Source of the DNA: Rhodosorus marinus CCMP1338
Taxonomy: Eukaryota; Plantae; Rhodophyta
Assembly: GCA_029953675.1 (NCBI GenBank)
Contig: JAMWBK010000006.1
Span: 1,488,001-1,552,000, forward strand
Reading direction: 5' to 3'
Length of the DNA stretch: 64,000 nucleotides
Position numbers and translations under genes: made by a program. Below are positions 23,175 to 35,600 of this stretch, piece by piece. Within the stretch, counting starts at the first letter, position 1. Each line of letters opens with the position of its first letter. Under the pieces are notes generated by a model, which did not search any database, was not told where the DNA came from, and worked only from the letters and a program-made list of their open reading frames with translations.

Positions 23175-26100
23175 TTAAGCGGGTACATATTGAGCTACGA
23201 ACGTTTGCGTCTCTTCAGTTTTCACAACGGTTTTCCTCATCCTACCACCCTCGGCCCATTGATCAAACTTCAGATTATTTAGATGCTGCCATCCGTAAAT
23301 CTTCATCTCTGACCCAATTTCGGCATAGCTTTCGGCTGGAGTCGTCACATTCTCCCAGTTGAACATAATATCCAGGCCACTAGGTATGCTCTGCAAGATG
23401 ACTTTGTTGCTGTAGATCGCTTTAAACGTTTGAGATATTTCGGTCGCCGTGACCTCCCTCTCCCGTGTTGATACGCCATCCTCCCATCGGCTAAATCTTA
23501 ATTCTTCCAGAGACTGTGGGGCAGTTACTGTCGCAATATTGCCAACTGTCATATACGTGACGAAAGGCGTCGCTTTCTTCACCTGACTATTATTCCCTTT
23601 CGTGAAAGTCAACACCAGCCCTTCAGGTTGGCTCGTAACTGTTATTGGAACCCCGCTAGCGACAGCCTTGTAAACCGCGGTGTACGTAAGCTGGCTCCGA
23701 CGAACCAGAATGGTGGTAATCCTTTCTTTGTTTGGGTATTCCTTCCAGTGGGAAAACTCGAGGATATCACTATTTTCCATGGGCTTAGGCTCCAATCTCA
23801 AATATTGCCCAACAGGGTGATACATAGTGACAGGCGTCGTATACGTATCCGCATTAATCCGCACCACTAGGCCAGGTGGATCACTTGTAATAGTTCTCTT
23901 CGCACCGTAAACTGCTGTAACTTTCTGTGGACCGTTCATCTCAACGAGCTTCACGCGATTGAGGTCTCCATCACTCCATTTCAAAAACTTCAATTCGCCT
24001 GAAAACTCTGGAGCTGTCAACTCCACAGTTTCCGCCTCTTCAAAAGCCCATGTGTAGGGGGTTTCACCGCCTTTGCCCTTCGCTTGTATCTTCACGTACC
24101 AAGGGGAGCTGTTTACCTCCAGTTCGTATCCATATACACATGTGAACGTTCTCGTTTGAGTAGCAACAATCTGCCTCTCTCGATCCCCTCCGTCCTCCAT
24201 CCATTTCACCCAAACCATACCATTTGATTTGCGAGCGCAAGAGATGGCCGTGACGCTCCCAGTCTGTTGTTCGACAGTGAACGGCGCGGCTTGTGTTTCG
24301 TCGTTCACTGTCACAGGAGCGCCGTTGGGTTGGCTCTCTATCACGAGTGTAACTATTTGGCTAGCCTCCGCAAACAATGCGCGGAAGGAGAGTGGCGTGT
24401 GCCCAACGGTGATCCATCTAATTCGGGTAGTTACACCATCCAGCCAGCCCTGGAAAACTAGACCTTTCGATGTCGCGGGTGCTGCAATCTGAATGCGAGC
24501 TCCGACCTCTACAACTTTTCCGAACGGGGCAATCGCACCTTTTCTGTCTAATGTTGCCCTTATTCCAGTTGGACTTGTTTCCATGGAATAGAGAACTCCA
24601 TAAACTGCTTTGAAGGTCGTCGCCCGTTCGGCTGTAACCTGTTTTTCCCGTTGCCCTCCTTCTGCCCACTTCATGAAGGTCATAGGCCCCGCTCCGTCAG
24701 GAGCGTATAGCAGTACAGGAGAAAATCGTACAACTTTCTCGGTAAATGGTGTCGTCCTCAAGACTCCATTCAAAGCTAGCGGTAGTCCGGGGGGTTGACT
24801 TTCAAGGGTAAATAACGCACGCCAAGTTTTGACGGTTGCAAAGGCTTGTCCAATTTGATTGTTGTACACCGCGAACAAGCCCACCTCGTAGAAAAAGTTG
24901 TCGAAGTGGAAAGGCGCTACGATGCTGCCCTCTGATACCCCTTCCTTGTAATACTCCACGTGATCATGGCAGGTAGGATCCTCAGTAAAAGGGCAATGCT
25001 TGATTAGAATCTGCCATCGCAGATATGAGCTCGAAATCTCGTATCCCTCTGCGTCAAACGCTCTTCCTTTGAAGTTGATCGTGTCTCCGACGGTAATTGT
25101 TTCTCCATGTGTTGGGGAGAGAATCTCCGCTACAACTGTAGCTCCTCGCTCTTCAGTGGTGAATGACCAAGAATACTCGCTTGCAAGGCGGTTTCCAGCT
25201 AGATCACTGATGCCAGCAGCCCCCCCAAGCACCGTCACCGTGAAGCGTGTGCCGTAGAATAGGTCATCTTGTAATTTGAGTTGCCGAGAACTATCAACCC
25301 ATCTGAAATTCTGCATCGGAAAAACAAAGCCACTTTCCGTGACTACGGTGATCTTGTCAAGGATGTCAGTTACGTCAATCTCTTCGCTGAACTCGATTGT
25401 GATGGACTTCGACTGACTAGCGCCGGTCTCATCCGAAGCTGGAAGCGTCCGCACAATAGTAGGCGGGGTAGTATCCGAGCTCGAGGTTAGTCGGAACAGG
25501 GTAACGATGTCGTTCTCCAGCACGTTGTTGTCAAGATCAAGCACCCCTGAGGGCCCACCCTTGATGACAAGCCAGAAGTCTCGGTCTTCAATCAGGGTTA
25601 CAGTTGGCTTAACTATAAACGTCCTCCTCTCATAGTCAAACTCCAAATTGGTGGCAACGACACCGCCGGTGTCGTTTCTTATAAATACAGTTTCGCTGGT
25701 GACTGTGTCAGGCTCCACTGACTTGCTAAAGATGCCGGATATCTCATCGAAGTTTGAAGATGAGACTTGTTCGCCATCGTTTGGATTCACAGCCTCCAAT
25801 ACGAGAGGAGTGATATCGGCCTCGTAGGTGACTCTCAGAATAGTCCCCGCGTTATACACGCTGACAACATAAAGTGCATTGTCTAATCCAGCCTTTACTT
25901 GAACCGGATTAACGTCCGTGAGCTGCCAGCGCTCGACATCTTTGACAAACACATCATTTTCATCAAGTTCAGCGAAGCCGATCCATCCGGCGGCGTGGTC
26001 TGCGTAAATCAATCGATCATAGTATCGCCTCGGGAAGTTTCCGATTCGAATTCGCTCACCGGCCATTGACGAGTGAGTTGAACTCTCGTGTGGCCAGGCA

Positions 26101-27674
26101 ATTATAGGCTTAGCATGTGAGGCTACATCAAAGCTCTCACACTCCGGATTATTGTACCATTGCGTGTTTTTCACATCCGACTCGAAACAAGGCCATCCGT
26201 GGTTGTTCCCTTTCCTCAGAACGCTGATTTCCTCCTTTTTATTCCACTGCGTATCTCCAAAGTAGAACGTAAAGCCGTCCAATGGGCTGCGGTGCAGATG
26301 TAGTACGTTCCGTATGCCGTAGGCGTATATTTTTGATAATTTATGGATAGGGTTTCCGGTATACCACGGATTGTCTTCTACGCCAAGACCGAGAGATCCT
26401 TCTGCTGTAGAGACGCGGATAACTTTCCCGCTGTAGGTGTTTGATCGCTGGGCCTTTAGGGCGTCTTCCTTTATCCATGAAAACCCACCATCACCAACTG
26501 CGACCAAAAGATTTTTCAACTCGTCGAAGTTGATTCCCCCACCCACATGACTCCTGCCCGCTGCACCCAGGCAATCTGCGTGCGGGTCATTGCCATCAAT
26601 AGTATCGCACCCATAACCAGACCGCGTGCCCACAACTACCTCGCGCGTTTCAGGGAGTTCTTCCTTACCGTCCGCGCTAAGCTTCACGCGCATCACGCGA
26701 GCTGTGCGGGCCGACTTGTAAGTCGCAGGGTCACTGCTGTGCTCATATACTAGGTAGACGTAGACCAGAGAGTCTTCGTCAAAGCTTGGCGAGAGTTTCA
26801 TAGACATTACACCTCGGTCGTTGTAGTTGTTCACAAAAGTCCGCCAGTCCAATACAGAACCTCCTACTACCTTTCCGTCAGACGCAAGTCGAAACAATCG
26901 CCCTTCGTTGAGTGCTACGTAGATAACGCCTGGTGACGCAAACTCGATATCAACCGGCCTAAAAAGGAAGCCAGACGTCCACTCTTCAACCTTAAAACCA
27001 GTTGGGAATTCCTCGAGAAGATCAGTAGCACGACCAGCAGCGTTGACTTTCACGTGACTTGTTTCTCCACTGCTTCCTTCCGATGCCGCCCTAGTCTTGT
27101 CTCCATTAAACCTATATCGCAATTCGTCATTTTTATCGCTTATTGTCGTGAATTCCTCTCGGTCAACTGCCTTGTTTGTCCTCCAATAGCAGCCTCTTCC
27201 CTCAGCGCGCATTTTCTCGTTGAGAGCCGCCAGTATTGCGTCGTTCTTACAGCTTTCCCCAAGCCCGGCGAGCCCGGACTTAATCATACTCCTTACAATT
27301 CCACGCACTTGCTGAGACAAAAGCACCTCTCGTTCGGTGCCTGGGCCACTGCATACCTTCAACCTCACCCTTTCTCCCGTGAGAAGCTGATGTAGTTTCA
27401 ACCTCGCTGCCAGACCACATGGATGGTTCCTGTAAATCGTTTCAATACAGGGAATACGCAGCAGCTCATTGTTCAGATTATTTACTGTGACGTTAGCCCC
27501 TATGGCTCTTCCCACCAGCATGCCATCGTAGGCAAACCAATCCCTGTACACATGCACATCACGAGTACAATCTTTCCTCTCTTTTCCATGAACTCCATCT
27601 ATCCCAAATAATACACAGAATGCGAGAAGAACCAAAAGACTCTGCGCCAGGGGCCCTCTTATTCTAACCTCCAT
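23175..27674 (-). CDS. Secreted multidomain GSDH/PQQ-type sugar dehydrogenase-like protein, paralogue 2 (1499 aa, intronless, seven C-terminal repeats)
   Basis: Signal peptide MEVRIRGPLAQSLLVLLAFCVLFGIDGVHG. SNase-like RNHPCGLAARLKLHQLL...GRGCYW. SHVGGGINFD...VAVGD, YAYGIRNV, NNHGWPCFE. Two Big_5-like domains, a PKD-like HCPFTEDPTCHDH, and seven ~75-aa S[QD]P[PN]G...W.[DE]G..R repeats. Confidence 0.9.
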   Translation of the reverse strand: MEVRIRGPLAQSLLVLLAFCVLFGIDGVHGKERKDCTRDVHVYRDWFAYDGMLVGRAIGANVTVNNLNNELLRIPCIETIYRNHPCGLAARLKLHQLLTGERVRLKVCSGPGTEREVLLSQQVRGIVRSMIKSGLAGLGESCKNDAILAALNEKMRAEGRGCYWRTNKAVDREEFTTISDKNDELRYRFNGDKTRAASEGSSGETSHVKVNAAGRATDLLEEFPTGFKVEEWTSGFLFRPVDIEFASPGVIYVALNEGRLFRLASDGKVVGGSVLDWRTFVNNYNDRGVMSMKLSPSFDEDSLVYVYLVYEHSSDPATYKSARTARVMRVKLSADGKEELPETREVVVGTRSGYGCDTIDGNDPHADCLGAAGRSHVGGGINFDELKNLLVAVGDGGFSWIKEDALKAQRSNTYSGKVIRVSTAEGSLGLGVEDNPWYTGNPIHKLSKIYAYGIRNVLHLHRSPLDGFTFYFGDTQWNKKEEISVLRKGNNHGWPCFESDVKNTQWYNNPECESFDVASHAKPIIAWPHESSTHSSMAGERIRIGNFPRRYYDRLIYADHAAGWIGFAELDENDVFVKDVERWQLTDVNPVQVKAGLDNALYVVSVYNAGTILRVTYEADITPLVLEAVNPNDGEQVSSSNFDEISGIFSKSVEPDTVTSETVFIRNDTGGVVATNLEFDYERRTFIVKPTVTLIEDRDFWLVIKGGPSGVLDLDNNVLENDIVTLFRLTSSSDTTPPTIVRTLPASDETGASQSKSITIEFSEEIDVTDILDKITVVTESGFVFPMQNFRWVDSSRQLKLQDDLFYGTRFTVTVLGGAAGISDLAGNRLASEYSWSFTTEERGATVVAEILSPTHGETITVGDTINFKGRAFDAEGYEISSSYLRWQILIKHCPFTEDPTCHDHVEYYKEGVSEGSIVAPFHFDNFFYEVGLFAVYNNQIGQAFATVKTWRALFTLESQPPGLPLALNGVLRTTPFTEKVVRFSPVLLYAPDGAGPMTFMKWAEGGQREKQVTAERATTFKAVYGVLYSMETSPTGIRATLDRKGAIAPFGKVVEVGARIQIAAPATSKGLVFQGWLDGVTTRIRWITVGHTPLSFRALFAEASQIVTLVIESQPNGAPVTVNDETQAAPFTVEQQTGSVTAISCARKSNGMVWVKWMEDGGDRERQIVATQTRTFTCVYGYELEVNSSPWYVKIQAKGKGGETPYTWAFEEAETVELTAPEFSGELKFLKWSDGDLNRVKLVEMNGPQKVTAVYGAKRTITSDPPGLVVRINADTYTTPVTMYHPVGQYLRLEPKPMENSDILEFSHWKEYPNKERITTILVRRSQLTYTAVYKAVASGVPITVTSQPEGLVLTFTKGNNSQVKKATPFVTYMTVGNIATVTAPQSLEELRFSRWEDGVSTREREVTATEISQTFKAIYSNKVILQSIPSGLDIMFNWENVTTPAESYAEIGSEMKIYGWQHLNNLKFDQWAEGGRMRKTVVKTEETQTFVAQYVPA

Positions 27675-30600
27675 AGCTCACTAAATTTCACACCTAGAGC
27701 ACCGCTATAGGCACCCTTTCGGAATGTCAACTGCCACCTCACAAAACACACCCTGCCCCAAAAAGAGAAAGCGATACTCAATCTTCTCTCGAAATCTCCA
27801 AATCGCTGCAATCTAACCCTCAAGGCATCGGTCTCATTTCCGGTAAGCCCAATCGACCATCCTACAACCCAGCAACACAAACTTACACAAATCCCCCACA
27901 CACACGCGCCCCACGACCTTGATAAAAAAACAAAAGTTAAAATTGAGAAATGAAACTGCCAAAATCAAGCCCTCCCCTTCCCCCAAGAGACCCACACACA
28001 ACCCTTCATCCATCCACCCTCCTCATCCCCCTCCATGATCCCCCTCCGACAGATATGCTCCGTGACCGGAGCCTTTACATCCAAGACGAAGGAAAGGCCC
28101 AAAACGTTTAAAAAAAACACGAGCACAGAAAGCGGAAGAGCTATCTAAACAATAGCACAAGGGCCTTTCACCACCTCCAACCCCACTCTCACCCACATCA
28201 TCACACAAAGAAAAAAAATTCCATCCTAAACACCAAAAAAAAGACGCAAAAAGCTCAGTGAGGAAGAGGAAGAAGAAAGAGAGAAACGTACGAGAAAAAC
28301 CAGAAAAAGAAATCTCGAAAAGAAAGGAAAAAAAGGGTCAATCAAACAAACCCGAATTAAAAGCATTTTCTTTCTTTTTGACTTTCAAACCCCCTTTCTT
28401 TCCTTTTTTTGATGTTAAAATAGCTGCGGAATTGAGTGATTACATTAAGCGCATCCTGTCCACCGTTTATGATTGGTCGAAAATCTTCCAAAAATAAAAA
28501 CGTTTTTCAACTATTTTAGATATTGTGGAAATTCTGGTCTTCCAGATGTGATATAGATATGGTCTCGAACTTCTTTTTCAGTGCAAAAAAAGAAAAAAGG
28601 CGGCTGCTGCACCAAAGGAGCACTAATATTAGACACCAACTTTTTTGTATTGCATTTTTCCAGGGTTTTCAGAAAAGGGGGCCGGGGGGAGGTAAGTTAG
28701 ATTTTCGTCCGTGGTTAATAATGTACTTGGGTTTTTAGATATTTTTATATGCGTAGTAGTAAAAAAAAAGTTTTTTTGAGAGTCCACGAACACCCCCATT
28801 TATAATATTTCGCGAAAACAAAAGTAGTAAAATGTCGTTTCCAAATAAAGGCGGAAAAACAAAACCCTCATGACACAAACGCGAATTTTCTCGATTTCAG
28901 AAGCCCCTGTTTTTTACAAATGAAAAAAAAACTGATTGAAGGTGGAATTTCTTGTGTTGTATTGGCCGAAGAAAATAGATGGGTCCGTTCCGTTCCCCTT
29001 CCCCCCTTCCCCCCCGATTTTGATATCACAAAAAGGCCTCTATAAACGTGTGTTGATAACGCTCATGTGTAAGAATTTTTAGGGGTTTTGAGGGGGGGTG
29101 ACGCTGAGCCGAAGTATCGGTATTTTAATTTCAAAATTCAAGCATTCGATTTGCAAAGTGTTTACGATGAGCGTAAAATTGAATCCTACGAAATGTTTCT
29201 ATTATTCATTTTTTCTTCCTCAACGGTTTTCTGTGTCAGGGGGGTCTCGTGGAATTCCGGAAGGCATTGAATTTTACATTAACTTTTGGACAATCGGGAA
29301 TCCAAACCGCAGCAGTCCGTCCTCGTTTTCAGAATCGCGACAAAAAAAAAATAAAGGGCGGGGGAAGATTGGTCACTACTGATAATCCGTGAATTGGCGG
29401 ATAATCATTGGACAGGGTGTTTTATCAGCAGATGGAGTGCAGTGCTCTTGGCGAGTCTCTGACTCTTAGCAAAATGGACACTAAGGTTGCCGTGTGGTCC
29501 TCAAACGACGATTTTATGGTGCAGAAAAGAGTGTCCGCTTTTCTCGCGAAGGCTCGTGATGGAACTGTTGTCTTCTGAACCTTTCCAGGGCACCTGCAGA
29601 TGATCGTGTGGGGTCCATGGCAGATTGTACTAGGCGCTTGATGGCCGGGAGCTCCGGGGATTTGAGGGAGGTAGAAGAGCAGGTCTTCGGAAAGGCAGCG
29701 ATCCACTACTAGCCCCGCAGGCGATAAGGTGGCAGGCGAGCTGCTTGAATCCGTGCACCCCACCTCTCCCGCCGGCAGATTCGAACCCGATATACCTAGA
29801 GACAAAAGTCGGGAAAAAATAGATGCCATCAACAAAATATCATCAAGAACTTGTCTCTGGATAAGCGATGACGATGAGATTCGGAAACGAGGCCGACTTG
29901 AGCAAAGTGCAGCGCCTGACGAGAGATTGGAAGTACAAGAAAAATGGAGATCGGCTATTTTGAGCGAACGAAGATTGGCTACTGGGAACACACTTTTGGA
30001 ACCCTTTCTTTTTTCAGTCGCTCATGACCGTGGATTGCCCACCTCACCAAGGAAGCTCCTCCCAACTACTTTTTCAGCAACCTCCCCGACACCTTAAAAT
30101 GGGTACCACCTCCCCTCACCACCCTCAAATGGTCACTCCTCCATTTATTCGTTCTTTTTTTCAAAACAAACCCGAACCTCGAGCGTTGAGTACGATACGA
30201 GCCCTCATTTATTCCCCCAACTCAGGCAGAGACCACTCCCCGCACGGTGCCCCCCAAATACACACGCCAAACCCATTTAGAATGCGATTTTCGGTGCCGA
30301 CGAAGCTCCACATAATTCTATTAAAATCAACGCTTCCTTCCTATTTACAGAAACTCAAAATAAACAAAGAAATATTCAGCATTTTCCAAATCGGTTGAAG
30401 ACGATCAACCCCTTCGGGACTGAGTTCCTTTCCTTGGGAAAAGCAATAATATGGGAGAATTGTCAAAGAAAACATTCGCACCACGGGGGGGGGGGGAGGC
30501 GGGGGATGAGTGAATTGTCTTAATATCATATTTCTACGTTTTAATTGGTGATTCGTGTATTTTTGATTGATGGAGATTGAGTTCTCGAAAAGGAGTTGGT

Positions 30601-31689
30601 CAAATCAATTTTTGGTTTTTGGTATTATTTAGATGGTATAGTAGAAGTGAGCGATTTCCCATGCTATTGGGTCTTTTTGACTGAGACCAGGCCAGAGTGG
30701 GGGAGGGAGGGGCCGATCCTCGTGAGAAGCGGCAACTAGATCAAACAAGGGCCTACGTGAGAGGAATGCAATTGTTGCCATACCGCTGAACTCGATTACG
30801 ATGGATTTTTACATAGGGGTCAACTCTTTGTTGGGTTTTAGATCGAACGACCCGAGTGGGTACACACCTGATGCGACTGTCTCTGTGCAGTAGTTACGGT
30901 CAGCCTTGTGCCACCCTGGAGTCAGACTTTAGGTGGGCGATATTGTATCGCCCACTCGCACTTTAGATGAAGCGTTTTAGAATGCGTAGAACCTGTCGGC
31001 AACTTTTTCACTCCAGGTACTGCTTAGAATAGCAGTTCCAGTATCGAAACCCCCTTTTGTCCTATCCGTACTTGCGGTTCGTTCTTCGTAACTCCCACAG
31101 GCTATTGGGCGCCTCCATTATTAACTTTGGAAAATCACAAAACCTCCCAACTATTATTGAAATACTCTAAAGAAATCAATCAACGTCTACGTGGCGTTTG
31201 TGAAACTGAGCTACTGAGGATCATGAAAACCCTGCTCGTTTGCGCTCGCTTGGAAGAAATGGCCCTCCCTGCAAGGTTTGGTAAGAATTGGGGCTTTGTG
31301 TTTAGCGGAAAGAGTCCAACGTCTGGGTCGAGATGGATGCGAGCACAAGCTCTTGGCTGACGTGCGGGTTGAGAAAACGAATGTGATATGACGCTCCTTT
31401 GTCACGTTTGCATGGATCTCTTTCCGCTCCGCAGGGTAGATAGGCTCTGCAAAAAAATAAATTGTTGTTCTTGATCAACACCCACATCAGCGTGTACTCA
31501 GATGAACACCCATCTTGCGAAACTTGTGTTGGTCTTTCACGTGTTTATGACTTTTACCCAGCTCATTGATCATTGGATCGGTGCCTGCCTAGGTCATTGA
31601 ACGTCGACTACCTTGCACTAGCTTACGGTGAGCAGTAGAGCGGTACTCCGTTTCAAGAGATCGCGAGGCGCAAGACTCAAAAGTTCTCG

Positions 31690-32459
31690 TTTTATCGTCA
31701 GAACAATGACCTGCGCGTGTCGAAGAACAATGGGCGAAGAGCAAACATTATCTCCAACGCCACATGGAGTCTCAAAGTGCTCCGTTGTGATCCAATGTAT
31801 ATGAAAGTCATGCCAAATCGGCCTTTTGCGGATATGAAAATTCGATTCGACTGCTGGGTGTGTCCTTGTCGATCCTTTTCGGCCACGAAGTCAGCGCGGT
31901 ACCACGGGGTGGAGACCATGTGCGGGGAAGCAGAGTCGACGGTAAACCATATGACACGCTCGAAAAAGAAGTCCTTAAGACACTAGGCTAGCCTTTTGCG
32001 CAACCTTGTTTTACCATTATTTTTACCTTCTCAACGATATGCTTCCGTACCAAAAAAAACAAAAAGGCCAAGAAAAAAGAGTATTGGACCGTCTGTCCCA
32101 CTTGAGTTTTGGTCACGAAACCATTTGGTGCAGTTTTGCGCCAAATGGTTTCGTGCCGTACTTGGCGGGGTCTCAAGGGGTGGTTGGTACCCCATGAACG
32201 CTCTACATGAGCGCTCCCGAACGGAGTCCATAAAGGGCGAATCTGCGGCCCAAGGCTAACGAAATGCTTCAATCATACGGCTCATAGTTGATGGTGAACA
32301 AATCGGAACTGTGAGCTCATCAGAGCCTCCGCGCAAAATCAACTTTTTCTCCCCACCCAAAACAGTGGCGAAGGTCCATCTTTGTTTCTTAGAAGTTTGG
32401 ACGCGTTTTGACGGTTGGACAACCAGGACCCTGAAGCCTGCTTGTCGGATTTCCCTCAA
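31690..32459 (-). CDS. Probable small intron-containing gene of unknown function
   Basis: Protein-like open segments GPQIRPLWTPFGSAHVERSWGTNHPLRPRQVRHETIWRKTAPNGFVTKTQVGQT and CLKDFFFERVIWFTVDSASPHMVSTPWYRADFVAEKD, separated by an AT-rich intron-like stretch. Boundaries not resolved. Confidence 0.3.
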
Positions 32460-32676
32460 TGCGCTTACAAATTCACCAGTGTGCCCCTAGTAGGGATTCT
32501 CAAACACGAGTCTCTGAACATCACCAGGGCCTCTCTCATCAGTTCTAAAGTTTAGGGCTAACGGTACACTTGTTTTGTTTTTAGTTCCGAAGACCGGATG
32601 CATCTACGCTCGTTATACATTGACTATGTGAATACACACTAACAGCTCCAAAGCCGAGACAGTTAGTTTGTTGAAC

Positions 32677-35600
32677 CTATTGCTCAACAATCATTAGGCG
32701 CAGGTCACGATCTTCAAAGAGACCAGTCTTAGTCTTTAAGACAGCCCTCAGCTCGTACACAAGGCTCGGGTCAAGATTGTTGTAGTTAAGGTTAATCGTC
32801 GCTTGGCCAGGGCCAGGTTTCACAGATATCTTCTTCCTGATGACGGAGTTCTTCCCGAGAGTATGAAGCTCCACAAACAAATCCCGTCCCTGAGCAGCAA
32901 CGACCAGTGCAACCCAGGCGACTTCAACCTTCAGTGGCCCCTGCTTGGGAATAATCGTGCTGCTTCCAAGAATAGTCACGTGATCGTGTTGCTGCACATT
33001 GACTTTGTTGATGACTGTAGCCTTGTTCTGGCTTGCCATAGTGCCACGCGGCCGGATGGCCAGTTGCACATTGTACGGTCCACGTTGCGGGGTCAATCCC
33101 GAGAAATCCAGCGGGCCAATGTCTTCAACACCATAACCCCTGCCTACTTCCTTCTTGGCAACTGCAATTCTGTTCTTCTCCTTGGTCGATTGGATCGTCA
33201 AGAAAATGTCGCTAGGTTCCGAAGCAGCCCAGCTAGTCTTCACGTAGTACGGCCCATCTGCGGAGATCCTGTCTGAATGCGCCTTCCTCACAAATCTCAC
33301 TGAAGACCTTGACGGAATTCCCGGACGGCTAGAAGCGAGCGCAATATAGATAGTACCAGCATACCTGTCAGAAAACTCAGCACCCCTGGGCCTCAAGTCA
33401 ACTCTGACCCTATACGTTTCACCCTCTTTGAGCTGCCCGTAGCCCCTTAGAGTAAGGTCTCGCTTGCCAGAACCTTGAGGAACATTAAAACGTTGATTGA
33501 CGATGGCCCCGCTCTCGGTTGCGACTTGTATGCTCAGAGAAATCTCAGCCGGTGCTGGTGCAGTAAAGGTCACGCTTACTGGAATTCCACCGCTCAACCT
33601 CAAAAACTTTCTCGGATTAGTCACCACAATGTTCCCGCCGGTGGGATTGGGGGTTGGTGGGGCCGGACCGATAGTTGGAGTACCACCACTTGTCTCCTTT
33701 GCGTAGATTGCTCGGTAGGTGGTTGCCTTCAAAATTTTTATATTCTGGATGCGAGGGCCTCCGCCAGCCCACCTGACAAATTTCCACTGATTATTGGGTC
33801 CGTACGTCTCAGGCGCGAATACTTGAGCGTCGGATCCAAGCACAACGAGCTCCGAGAAAGGTGCATTCACTGTGTATCCGGTAAGCGATAAAGGTACACC
33901 GGCTGGCTGACTCTCGAAGTTAAATCTGACCTTCTTTGTTTCCACAAACTGGGATACTTGAACGGTTTCGCCTCTCCAGGTCACGACCATCAAAACCTCG
34001 TAGAAGAAGTTGTCCTCATGTGTCGCAGCCTTAAAGGTTCCGGACCTAGTCCCCTCGGCCTGGCCAGCTGAATGAGTATGGCACGATGGCGGCGTGGTGT
34101 ACGAGCAATGATGGATGAGCAGCTGCCAGCCGAAAGCCTCGCGTGGGATGTTGTTCCCGTTGCGTGTGTCAATAGCTACACCAGCAAAGGGAATGCTGTC
34201 CCCGACTTCAACCTTCAGGGTCTTACTAGGTTTCGTGATGCTGGCATCAATTGAGCTCGGGTTCTTGCCGGTTCTGAACGAGAACTGGAAGTTTTCGGAT
34301 AGCGAATTGCCAGCTAAATCTTTCACACCATTTTTCGCTTTGAAGGCTACGATATACGTAGTCCTGAAGTCGAGATTTGCACCCTTGATCGTGATGGCTC
34401 TCGCACTCGCGTCATACTCCGCTTCCCCTCCATTTACCTCCCCAGCGCCTTTCTTCGATATAGTGTAGCTGCCGCTGACCGTGCTCGCATCAAGTGCCTC
34501 GCTAAAGCGCACTCTAATGTCATCGCTTGGGTCTACATCCTCTTCTTTGTGCTTCGGTCTCGTACTGACAACGGTGGGATCCTTCTTATCGACGGTCGCG
34601 CTGACCGTATAGGTGTAAATCAGATCCTTGTTCAGCACTCCACCGTCCAAGTCTACAACACCTGCTCTGCCACTCTTCACAACGAGGGATACTTTCTCCC
34701 CTGCGGTAAGAGCCTTCGTTACCGTGAGCTCGAAAGATCGCCTCCCGTAGTCAAACTTGTAGTCCGCAGCAATTCTGACGCCCTTCGCGTTCCTAAGGAA
34801 CACGTTCTGTCTAGTTGCGCTGTCGGGCTCAACTGACTTCGTGAACTTTCCATTGAAAACGCTGTTTCTTGTCTTGATCTGAGTCCCTGGGTCGGGTGTG
34901 AGATTGACTTTGACAGGAGTCTTGTCTCTCGTGTAGGTAACCTTTGTCAACTCTCCAATGCCGTATACACTGATAAAGTACAACGAATTATCAGGTCCAG
35001 CACGAACTTGCACAGGCGCAGCACTCACATATACTCGGTCCAGGTCCTCCACCAGTACGTCCTGGTTATTCAACTTCGCAAAACCGATAAACCTGTGCGC
35101 GTTGTCGGCGTAAGTAAGCACATCGTAGTATCGATTCGGCCAGCCTTTGATCGAGATTCTCTCTCCAATCATCACAGCGTATGACTTTCCTTCGAAGTGA
35201 GGGTATTCGATCAGGGGCTCCTTGTGCTTCTTATTGGCTATCAACTTTTTGCATTCATCAGTCTTAGCCCAGAATTTGAGGGGTAAGGTCCCCTCAAAGC
35301 AGGGCCATCCGAAATTCGCTCCAGCAGTGACGACATCAATCTCCTCCATTGAGCTCCATTGCACATCACCGATGTAGAACCGGTTCTTGTTCGTGGTACT
35401 CGGATGGATGTGCAACGGGTTCCGGACTCCAGTTGCATAAATCTTGGACCGGATGTGCTTTCCATTCCCGTCGAAGTAGGGGTTATTCTTGAGACCCTCT
35501 CCCAGAGTGGCCCTCTTCGTTGATATTCTTAGGATCTTTCCACTCAGAGATGTAAGTCGCTGGGCATTGATCGCCGATGGGACAACTGAAGCGAATTCAC

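Noticed and set aside
29425-30097. RWGAR and CPG fragments suggesting a PGRP/amidase
   Set aside because: The fragments are in different frames with stops between them, and no zinc-ligand pattern is present.
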